NCBI GenBank assembly: GCA_016748015.1
Contig: JAAOMT010000436.1
Span: 566,354-630,353 of the forward strand
DNA: 64,000 nt
Source: Geosiphon pyriformis uo1
Taxonomy: Eukaryota; Fungi; Glomeromycota
Reading direction: 5' to 3'
Each line of letters opens with the position of its first letter. Position 1 is the first letter of the stretch. Shown here piece after piece: positions 25,566 through 35,945 of the stretch. A program made the position numbers and the translations under genes. Below the pieces are notes generated by a model. It did not search any database. It saw nothing but the letters and a program-made list of their open reading frames with translations, and was not told the origin of the DNA.

Positions 25566-26533
25566 TGTTACCAGAGGTTTTTGGGTCTTTTTTCTTCAAT
25601 ATTGTTGATACCTGTTTACTGTGAATTCACGTTTTCTGGATGTGGTTGAACCTCCAGTAACTGAATTTATCTTCAAATTATCTCCTATAATTTGAACTGC
25701 TGGGCTTATAAGTGGAATGGCCAATTTTGTGCCAGTTACTTTGTATAGTTACATTGTAGTAAATGTCAACTCTTTCTCAGGAATTGCTTATCTGAAAGTT
25801 CACTAAAATGTGTAGTTACTTTGCTGTGAAAGTCAACTCTTCTACAGAAATCTTGTCTGTATGCTACTCTAATAATTGTAATAAGAAAATAAAAGAAAAA
25901 TAAAATAAATGTAAAAGAAAAAGTAAAACTGATGATTTATAGAAGTCGTTTTGGATCCAGGCCTGGAAGTGCTTTAACAGTCTTACTGAAATTGGTAGCT
26001 AATCAATTTCAAACTGTTAGTAAGGATTGATTAATTTCAAGAGAAATAATTTAAAAATTTGATTTTTCGAATTATTTGATATTTATTTTGTTTTTGTATG
26101 TAAAGGATGATTCTAATTATTAAATCTGAAGTAAGATACATTTCCTTGAAGAGAGAAGCTCTTCTTTTATACAACTTGTCATAACACTATTCTATGAACT
26201 TAAACTTTGCTATTTTCTATAATTTTGCTGAACTAATGATACATTTCAGCAAACTACAAGTTATTTCTGCAAACTATTAGATATTTCGGCAAATTTCTTA
26301 CAAATTTTGGTGAATTTTTTAAATGTTACATAATTTGGGGTATTGCATGATTGATCATCACAATTAGGTTACATTTGTGTTATGTACAAATTGAGTTATT
26401 AATTAAATGATAATTTCGGATATTTTGCTAATGTAATAAGTGATAATTTGAAATGATAATATATGCTAATTAATGATAAGATTTATAAGAGTAATTTCAT
26501 GCTAAACAATATCTTTAATTTCGTCTGGTAATA
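25566..26533 (-). repeat. Gypsy-B 3' LTR (968 bp)
   Basis: tgttaccaga...tctggtaata, a ~10-bp terminal inverted repeat. TATA-like TATAAAAG on the minus strand at ~26164-26171. Confidence 0.95.
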
Positions 26534-27220
26534 TAACCTCCTCCTCAAGACTGAGCTCTGTCGAAATCCAAGTACTGTCTGTAATTTCCAGATAGTAATC
26601 CAAAATTATTGAAGAAATTTGGTCTAAAAATTGTTGAAATTTCAGTTCTGTGAGCTTTCCAATGTATTGAATCTTCAAAGGCTGTAAAATTGGGTTTTGT
26701 AGAACGTTTTCACAGGTGTGGAATAGGTTATAAAGTCTAAGGGCAGCTCTTAGTTTATAATGACTGTTTGTAGGTCCAGCTGTTGTCTTGAATTCATTGT
26801 GAAATTGTTTCTGAATAGCTTCTTTTGTGAGGTTTGCTGATGTAAGCTCTAGTTTTTGCTCATAAAGTGTTTTTCCAATATAGAAATATCTATATATTGG
26901 GGGGTATTTGTCATTTTCTTCATTAAGACACAGTTGAAGTTTTTGTTGAATAGTAGTATTTAGTAGAATACTAATAGGAGTGAGCAATAAATTTTTTCTT
27001 AAAGCAAGCTTCAAAAGTTTTGGTAAATAAATTTCAGAATAACTTCTTGTGTTCTTCCTATAAAAGTGATACTTTCGTGAATTTGGGGCTAGATTTGTAA
27101 CTATTTCTGTTTGGGTATAATTAATATGTTTTCCAGTAATAGTATGGATAATTCGGGTATTGTTTTTAAAGCTAACATTAGTTTTTGGAATAATTGTTGA
27201 ATGTTTTGAGGAATAGTCAT
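26502..27220 (-). pseudogene. Gypsy-B ORF3 copy 1 (239-aa consensus; 1-bp deletion near 27143)
   Basis: ATG at 27220 (MTIPQNIQQLFQKLMLALKTIPELS). The C-terminal 170 aa are open (26502-27014) and run through the PPT into the LTR. Span is 719 bp versus 720 bp in the second copy. Confidence 0.85.
26534..26546 (-). promoter_or_regulatory. Polypurine tract of Gypsy-B (GAGGAGGAGGTTA), also coding EEEV of ORF3
   Basis: Abuts the 3' LTR; the same tract occurs at 63296-63308. Confidence 0.85.
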
Positions 27221-27344
27221 TATATGAGATTTGAAAATAAAAGAAAATTATTTTTGGTGCATGGGTTTTTATGTTATTTTGTTTTGTTTTTGTGAGATTG
27301 TTTCTAAATTATAAGAAAATAACTATAATAATAAATTTAATTTA

Positions 27345-30300
27345 AGTGTTCAAGTTGGGAGGTTGTTCAATGACAACTATTGGTTCTAAATTCCAGGGAA
27401 TATCTTCAGGATTGATTAAAAAGGAATGTGTGCCAATTTGTGGAATTAATGGTTCGGATTGTTTCTGGAATTATAGTGTTTCAAATAATCTCCATGTGCA
27501 ACTTTTGCTAGGATTTTGTCATCAAGTCTTAGCTTATATGATCTATTGCCTAGAATTTTATGAATAAAAAATGATTCATCTCATTTATTTTCAAATTTTT
27601 CACTCTATTGTTTTTCAGCTTTAGTTCTGTGTAAGAGAACTTTATTTCCAACTTTAAATTCATTGGTAATAGGTGGTAATTTGTTGTCATGTCTTTCTTT
27701 TTGTTAAGCTTGAGAATGTTCAATATGAGTTGCTGCTATTTGTCGTTTTCTTTTCAATGTGCTAAGCAGAGTGTAGGCTCTTCATTGTAGTGTTTCCTGG
27801 AAATTGTTTTTATTAATTGGTTGTGCTAAGTATGTTTCCACTGTGAAACTAATTGGTAATGTTGCTATCCTTCCGTAAGTTAAATCAAATGGTGTGTGTT
27901 TTGTGGTATCTTGTTTTAATGTTCTATATGCTAGTAACACTGATGGAATAAAGATATCTCACTCTTGCTCAAAATCGGTTGAGACTTTGGCTAATGACTC
28001 ACACAATGTTCTGTTAAAACATTCTACAAGTCTGTTTGTTTGTGGATGGTAGAGTGAAGACAGAGGCCTTTTGACATTGAATTGTTCGCAAATTTCTTGT
28101 ATCAGGTTGTTTACAAAGTGTGTTCCTTGATCAGATAAAAGTTTAATTAGACATCCATGTCTACAAATGATGTCTTTGTAGATGAAATTTGCTACTGATT
28201 TTGCATCTGCTCATTGAATGGCTCTGGCTTCGGGCCATTTAGTAAGATAGTCTACAGCTACTGCAATATAATGATTTCCTTGAGTGATAATAGATAGTGG
28301 TCCAACTAAATCGATACCAACTCAGTCAAAGGGTTGTCCAACTTTGATTGGATTTAATGGTTCAGTAGGGTGTGTTTCTTCTCTTCTTTGACAACTATCA
28401 TAAAATTCGACATATTTGTGAATGTCTTTTCTCATTCGAGGCCAAAAGTAGTATTCTAGTGTTCTTTGGGTGGTACTGTTTTTTCCAAAGTGTGCTGATA
28501 AAGGATCTAAGTACATGTTGTATAATATAGTCTCTTTTTCCTGTTCTTGTATTAATCTGGTTTGTCAGGGTTTTTGAAATTTTGATGATAAATAATGTTG
28601 TTGTATAGAAAATATTGTTTGGCTTGTTGTTGTAGTCGATGTTTTTCATCTGGAGACCAATCTATTGGGATTGTTAATGTTTCCAAATATTTTTTGAGAT
28701 TGTTGTAGTTTTCCAAATTCATTGTTTGTTGGCTGTTTTGGTTGGTTAAGTTGAGTGTTGGTTTTTGTGTTTTCTAATCTTGTCTCATTCTGAAGAGACA
28801 ATCAACATTGGTGTGGAGTTTTCCTGGTTTGTGATGTACTATGTATTGATAGTTTGCTAGAAATTCTGTCCATCAGGTTTGTTTTGCATTCAGCTAAGTA
28901 TTTTTGTTCTGAAACCATTTGAATCCAATATTATCAGTGATAATATCGAATTCCTTTGGCTGGAAATAAAGGTTGAAATAATGTAGGGCCCAAATTATGG
29001 CTGCTGTTTCCAATTCAGTGGCAGGATAATTTTTTTCAGCTGGTTTTGATGTTCTGCTAGCATAGACAATTACTTGCTCGTTTTCATTGTCATCCAATTG
29101 TGATAGGATAGCACCAAAGGCAGTATAAAAGGCATCTGTTGCTAATCGGAATTGGTTGCCGAAATCTGGGTAGGCAAGAATTGGAGCTGTCATTAGTTTT
29201 TTTTTGAGGATTTCAAATGCATTTTGGCATTCAGCAGTCCATTTGTATTCGACGTTTTTGGTGGTAAGCTGGTTGAGAGGTTTTGCGATTTCTGAGAATT
29301 TTTTGATAAACTTCTGAAAGTAGGAGGCTAATTCTATGAATCCTCTTAGTTCTGTAGTGTTTTGAAGAATTTTGAAGTTTTTGACAGCACTGATTTTTTC
29401 AGGGTCCGGTTTGATTCCATCTTTACTAATAATATGACCAAGGAAGGCCAAGTTTGTTTTTTCAAAGTAGTATTTTTCAATGTTGAGTTTTAGTCCTGCT
29501 TTTCATAATCGTTAAAAAACTTCTCACAGGTGTTTTAAGTGTAATTTGAACGATGGAGAATAAACATCAGTATTGTCAAGATAAATGACTACTGACTTCT
29601 AAAGGAGTCCTTGGTACACAATATCTATTAATCTCTGAAACATTGCTGGTGCATTGCATAATCCGAAAAGCATTACATTGAACTTGTAATTTCCGCCTTG
29701 GGTGGTGAATGCTGTTTTGGGGCAATCTTTGGAATCCATTGCAACTTGCCAGTAACTGCTTTCTAAATCTAGTGTTGAAAAGTATTTGGATTTTCCAAGG
29801 GCATCTAACATGTCATCAATTCGGGGAAGGGGGTAGGCATCTCCAATTGTAACACTGTTGAGTTGTTGATAGTCAACACAAAATCATATCTTTCCATTTT
29901 TCTTTTTAACTAGCACTACAAGTAAAGCCCAAAGACTTATGGAGGGTTGGATGAGCCCATTGTTAAGCATTCATTGTACTTCTTTTCAGATGAATTGGTG
30001 GCTTTCTAGGACAACTCAATATGCTTGTTGTCTTTTTAGTTTGGCATCTCCTGTATAAATTTGGTGTTAAACCAAATTGGTTCTTCTTAAGTCATTGTTG
30101 TTTTCAGCAAAAATATTGGCAAATTCTGCAATTAGCTCTTTGAGCTGGCTTCATTGTTGTGATTCAAGTTGTCCCATGTTAATTCGAGATAGTTTTTCCA
30201 TACCAACATAGTAGTTTTCAGAGCTAGGGTTTGGATTGATTTTTGATAGTGAATGTCCAATGATTTCCAAAAAATTGGTGACTGTTTGGGGTAATTTTTG

Positions 30301-33300
30301 TTGAAATATATTACTGTGAATAACTCCAATTTCTAAGTTATTTAATAAAACTATGGGGTAATTATTGGGGTTGTAAAAAGTAACTCGGACTTTCTTTGTT
30401 CTTTCTGGAATATAAATGTTTGAGATCAAAATATTATGTTCCAAGCAGACTTGTTTATTGGACTCAAAAATTTGTTGTGTGGTTGTTGGCTTTGGGCAGG
30501 TGTAGATTTTCGGATGTTCTCCAAAGGGTAAGATGGTAATTGGTTGTGGAAGTCTGAGAATCTGATGAGATTCATTCTGTGTGTTAAGAGCTATATTAAC
30601 TGGAACTGTGAATCATCCAGTTGAACCAAAACCTTGGGTTCCTCTATCACTTTTTCCTAATTTTTCTCTTTGATTGACTAGTTGCAAACCTGAAATGTTG
30701 ATTAGAAGTAGGTAAATAGCTTGGGCAATTTTTTCAGCATGGTTGATCTTGAATGGTTTGTTAGTTTCATTTTGAAGCATCACTGTAATGTCTCCAGTAT
30801 ATTCAGCATTGATTATTTCTCCTCTGACATTGATTTTTTTGCTTGCCAAAGAGGACCAGGAGACAATTTGAACCATTGCTCCTAGCGGGATTTCATGTGC
30901 AATTTTGAGGTTGATTTTTGTGAGAGATTTGGGTTTGAGAACAAGAGTATCCTTGTCTGAATATCTTAGGTCATATCCAGCATTAATTTCATGTGCTTTT
31001 TCGGGTTTTATTCCTTGTCCATTGTTGTTGAAGTATTTGAGTTGTAAGGCAGGCTGATTTTTAATAAGATAGATGGGTGTTGTTTCAATTTCTTCCATTG
31101 TTTTAGGTTCTCCAAATTCAATTTTGTTCTCATTACTTTTGCTAGACAAGGGGATTCTAAAAGCATAGCATTCAGGACACCACTGTTCATCACAAGGCAT
31201 AATGCATTTTTCACATAGCCTAATGTTCATTTGTTCTAATTATTGAATTTGAACTTCTTGGGTTGGGTAAGTGTGACTTGCAATTTGGTGGTAGATTTTT
31301 ACTTCATCTTCATAATCAAATCCAGCTAATTCCATGGTGTATTCAATGTATTCTGCTTCCTTCATTTGACAGATATCTTCTTTGGTAGCTTCATTAATTA
31401 ATGCCATTGCTAGGTTAAAAATCATCTCAGCATCATGAGGGTAGTAATAAAGTTTGTTGAGAGCACTGTTGTATGCTGCATTAAAGGGTGTTCCTCTTTT
31501 TACTTTTTCTGAAATTGATAAAGCATATTGGCAGGTCTGATTGCAGACTCCTCTTTTCATTGTTACATCAATCCAATTACATTCTTTCAATAGCATATCT
31601 TTACAAGTTAAACAAAGAGTGTTGTCTTATTTTCCACTTTTTTTTATTAGATGGCTCCATCGTTTTCTGTGGCAAGCCTTGCAGTAGTAACAAGTATGAT
31701 TTTCATATTCTTCTTCAGGTGAAATGCAGGCTCCCATTGATGATAGTTTCTTGTGGCAGTCTTTACATTTAAGGGGAATGTAGAGGCATTGTTTTCTTGG
31801 TTCAGGCTTTAAGTAAGGGATATTCCATCCAGGAGTTTCGGGTTCAGAGTGTGGTGTAAAATGTTCTTGTTCAGTTTTGTCAGCCTAATTAGACGTTGAT
31901 CCAAGAGCCATGAATGTTTTGATTATTGGTTTTTCTTCTTTTGGTTTGAATTCAAAAGCCGGGACTTTTTCGAAGCATTTGTTAAATGTACCACAAGTGG
32001 CAGGTACTTGGGCATGTTGTCTTTGGTAAGAGATTTGTAGTTCTTGGGTTTCCCAGTCTAATTTTGCATTGGCTTTTTGAAGCCAATCATTTTCGACAAG
32101 GGCTTGATACTAGGGAGCATTTATTACAAGAACTTTGACTGAAATGGTGATTCCATCAAGAGTGAATGGAAAATTGTCAATTTCTCCTACTGGAGTCTTT
32201 TTTATGCCATCAGTAGTGACAATTACTGTCTGAGCTGATTGGTTAACATTTTTTTTTAACTGTTGCATCAACTGGTAGGTAATGATGCTTCTGACGGATC
32301 CACTGTCTAGGATCAAGTGAATTGGCTTTTCTTCTGCTTCAGCTTCTGTGTACATTGCAGTGATGGCTTTTTGCTCATTAGCCGCTGCATTGCTAAGCAA
32401 GAATGGTGATTCATTTGCTTCAAATTCAAAGGGGAATATATCTGAAAAGTTGGCATTTTCAGCAATTCTGGCTGGTGGGATTGTGATAGGAGTATAGGAA
32501 GAGTTTTGTTGTTGTGCTGCAGCTCTACCTTCCAAGAGTGCAGTATAGTGAAAATTCTGTTCTTTAGGTATTGTTAAATAACTGGGTTGAGTGTGATAGT
32601 GGTTGGGTCTTGGTTGAGCAGAATTTTGGGGAACCAGTTGGTTGTTTGAACTGATTCTATTGTTGTTTACTTGGTATCGGTTTTGTGATGTGAATTGGTT
32701 TTGTGGAGTCAATTTTCGAGCAGGTACTTGGTAATGTTGTGTGGGTGGTTGTTGGTATTGCTGTTGGATCAGCTGTGGGATGGGCTGATAATAGTTACTT
32801 TGGTATTGGGGTCTTGGTGGATAGTAAGCTGGTACTGGTGGTGGATAATAAGATTGTTGTGGTGGAGGGTAACGTTGATTACTCCTATTTTGTTGATTTC
32901 ATTGTAACTTTCTGCAATCTTTTTTTCAGTGGCCAGAGATTTCACAGTAATGGCAATTCTAGGCTGGTTATTAGAAAGTGGTGCAGAGTTATTTTGATTT
33001 CATCTTTGGGGAGTTTAATATCTTTGGGTTTGCTGTTATTGATTGGTAAAATAGCTTTCAACCTTCTTTGTCAGTTGGTCAATTTTCTCTTCAGCTACTG
33101 AGCTGGTTTCTTCAATTGCCAAATTTACAAGTTTTGTGTGATTGGTTTCTTCCATAGCCATTTCATATCTTTTTGCATGCTGTATGGCAGAGTTTAAATC
33201 TTTTGGGGCATGTGGGCGAACTTTTTTAATCAGTTTATCTTTTAGACCAGCGATAAATTAATCCAAGATTTGAGTGTCAGAATAATAATCATTAGTTTCA

Positions 33301-33413
33301 AGTTGGCGAATTTGTCTGAGAAGTTTGTTGAATTTTCTAATATAAGTCATGACAGATTCGGAGGGTTCTTGTTTAATATTTCAAAAACGATTGCAAAGAG
33401 TGATGGAGGTATT
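27345..33413 (-). pseudogene. Gypsy-B gag-pol (gag C-terminal half, CCHC knuckle, protease, Cys-rich domain, dUTPase, RT, RNase H, integrase)
   Basis: Knuckle NCHYCEISGH*KKDC (~32915-32960); PR ILDSGS (32110-32712); RT FSTLDL...FGLCNAPAMF (29599-29811); RH LATDAF...YASRT (28894-29451); IN HFGK...YFWP (28322-28516). Confidence 0.92.
30616..31041 (-). pseudogene. dut: dUTPase domain within Gypsy-B Pol
   Basis: Motifs AGYDL, SWSSL (RSS), EIINAEYTGDI, EKIAQ, DRGTQGFGSTG. The TGA that follows is probably CGA>TGA, since the frame continues. Confidence 0.92.
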
Positions 33414-33432
33414 AGATGTGTATAAGAGACAG
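33414..33432 (+). other. Tn5 mosaic end / Nextera adapter AGATGTGTATAAGAGACAG (probable assembly artefact)
   Basis: Exact 19/19 match to the synthetic mosaic end, at the point where gag is cut and joined to atgc plus the LTR. Confidence 0.95.
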
Positions 33433-33436
33433 ATGC

Positions 33437-34390
33437 TGTTATCGGAGGTTTTTGGTCTCTTTTCTTCAATGTTGTTGATACCTGTTTGCTGTGAATTCAC
33501 GTTTTTGGGTGTGGTTGAACCTCCAGTAACTGAATTTATTTTCAAATTATCTCCTATAATTTGAACTGCTGGAATGGCCAATTTTGTGCCAGTTACTTTG
33601 TATAGTTACATTGTAGTAAACATCAACTCTTTCCCAGGAATTGCTTATCTGAAAGCTCACTAAAATGTGTAGTTACTTTGCTGTGAAAGTCAACTCTTCT
33701 ACAGAAATCTTGTCTGTATGCTACTCTAATGATTATAATAAGAAAATAAAAGAAAAATAAAAGAAATGTAAAAGAAAAAGTAAAACTGATAATTTATGGA
33801 AGTCATTTCGGATCCAGGCCTGGAAGTGCTTTAACAGTTTTACTGAAATTGGTAGCTAATCAATTTCAAACTGTTAGTAAGGATTGGTTAATTTCAAGGG
33901 AAATAATTTAAAAATTTGATTTTTCGAATTATTTGATATTTATTTTGTTTTTGTATATAAAGGATAATTCTAATTATTAAATCTGAAGTAAGATACATTT
34001 TCTCGAAGAGAAAAGCTCTTCTTTTATACAACTTGTCGTAACATTATTCTATAAACTTGAACTTTGCTATTTTCTATAATTTTGTTGAACTAATGATACA
34101 TTTCAGCAAACTACAAGTTATTTCTGCAAACTATTAAATATTTTGGCAAATTTTTTACAAATTTCAGCAAACTTTTTGAATGTTACATAGTTTGGGGTAT
34201 TGCATAATTGATTATCGCAATTAGGTTACATTTGTGTTATGTACAAATTAGATTATTAATTAAATGATAATTTCGGATATTTTGCTAATGTAATAAGTAA
34301 TAATTTGAAATGATAATATATGCTAATTAATAATAATATTTATAAGGATAATTTCATGCTAAACAATATCTCTAATTTCGTCTGGTAACA
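33437..34390 (-). repeat. Gypsy-B 5' LTR (954 bp)
   Basis: tgttatcgga...tctggtaaca; direct repeat of 25566-26533. Confidence 0.93.
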
Positions 34391-35945
34391 CCATTTAGAA
34401 GCAACTGAACTAGCTACTTCAGATGATTCATATTTGACCAAAGCTTTTTGCCACAAGCCAATCAATTGCATCTTAATTGACACAATTTTTTCAAACTTAG
34501 AAAACACAAATTCCACAGCCAATTTGGAAAAATCAACTGGGATCTTCTTAATGATCACTTTCCAATCTGAACAACTGTTTACTTTCCTTATCTCATCATT
34601 GACAAAAATTTTCTCACAGATTGCTATTTCTTTAGCCTTATTCAAGTTCAATTTCGAAGTAAATGAAGATCTGATGATCCCTGGAAATTTTGAGAGAGCA
34701 GAGGCTTCTCCAAAACCATCAACTCAATAAAAAATTTTTTTTATTGAAATCAATTTGTCACTAACAGATTTTCCTGGAATAGCCAAAAGCTCAATATCTA
34801 GCATAAAAGATTTTACTGGCTTGAAGTTTCTTTTTTCCAAAACACGTGACTTGAAACTTGGCAGCTGATTAAAATTTTTAAACTTAGGAAGTGGAACAGC
34901 CACCATATTCTCATCACCACTCAAAACATCAAACAAAGGAGGTTTCGAAGGTTGACCTAATACATACATACAAGTGTGTGTTTTTCTGGACGTGGTATTG
35001 TCTTCCATGCCATCAATTACTGAATTGTCCAAGTTAGTGTAACTAGTTTCTTCAGCAACAGTATTTTTTATGTTTTCTAAGTCTGACAGGCCACCCATGC
35101 TATTTGCTTTGCTTTCTATTTCACTGCCCCAAGATTTTGAAAACTTACTGTCAATGACACCAATATTAGCCAGGCCCAACAGTCTAGCAGACAAGTCAAC
35201 CACACTGACTCCAACTTTAGAATTTCTTGGCTTCTTGTAAGATGCACTGCATGAGTACACACTATTTACTCTTTTTTTTTCATATCAGGCTGGTTCCCCA
35301 ATTTAGCAGAAGTAGATCCAGAGCCACCAACAATAGGATTTGCCAGTTCTATGTTCACAAATAAAGGTACATCTGAAGAAATAGTTAAAATACGAAAAGA
35401 ATAAGGAGTAAGAGAAACTTTTTCTTCGATAATATTTTGCTCTCGTTGTGACCAGGGGATCAACAAAAAAAAGTCTTTTTTTTTTTTTTTATGTTTTTTC
35501 AGCTACTATTACAAATTTAATATCTAAAATAAAAAACTTAACTGAATTAAAACATTTTTTTTCTTTGATTAAAATATTAAATTATATAATAAAAACAACA
35601 AAAACAAATAACAAAAGATTAAAAATATTATTATTATTTAAAAAATCAAAAAATAACTTTTTAAGTAGTTTATTTAAGCTATAAATTTTAGTACATATGT
35701 TTTATAATATAGTCTTATTTATATATTTACTATTACTAAAGTTATTTAAGTTAACAAAGCTAGTTTTTTTATTATCATATTTTTTAAATTCTTAATATTA
35801 GAAAAAGAACTTTTTTCTCTTTTTTGTCCAAAATTCCCAAAAAAGAGTCAAAAGTTTTTTTAAAAGAAGTTTTTTTACCATTCAGTACAATAAATCAAAA
35901 CTGTTCTTCGATTACGAGGCCACTGTTGGCTCTGTTATTGCTGTT

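Larger units (their letters stand above)
25566..34390 (-). mobile_element. Ty3/Gypsy LTR retrotransposon family B; PBS and gag N-terminus are missing at an adapter-marked junction
   Basis: LTRs at 25566-26533 and 33437-34390; TSD ccat (25562-25565, 34391-34394); PPT; gag-PR-dUTPase-RT-RH-IN followed by ORF3. Confidence 0.95.
24566..35340 (-). pseudogene. LINE L2 ORF1, interrupted by Gypsy-B (25566-34390)
   Basis: ORFs 34724-35260, 34340-34651 (LIGLWQKALV...VASKW), 24947-25474 (LYTLPIGTTAHD, CTKCKQLGHISTVC) and 24566-24946 (SSKVLTTKMG...SPQ*). Confidence 0.88.
9668..35475 (-). mobile_element. Full-length LINE L2, split by Gypsy-A and Gypsy-B insertions
   Basis: Poly(A) and conserved 3' tail at 9668-9803. 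ORF2 runs 9801-14434 and 24511-24569; ORF1 runs 24566-25565 and 34391-~35340. Coding sequence rejoins across both Gypsy TSDs (ASKW|SVFVGK; GINVS|A|KQEDII). Approximate TSD atgtttttt at 9666 and 35491. Confidence 0.93.

Noticed and set aside
26502-27220. ORF3 as a retroviral-type envelope gene
   Set aside because: Too short, with no signal peptide, transmembrane segment or furin/fusion motif visible.
33414-33432. A genuine Tn5/IS50 transposon end or horizontal transfer
   Set aside because: It is the synthetic mosaic end, occurs once, and has no transposase or partner end.
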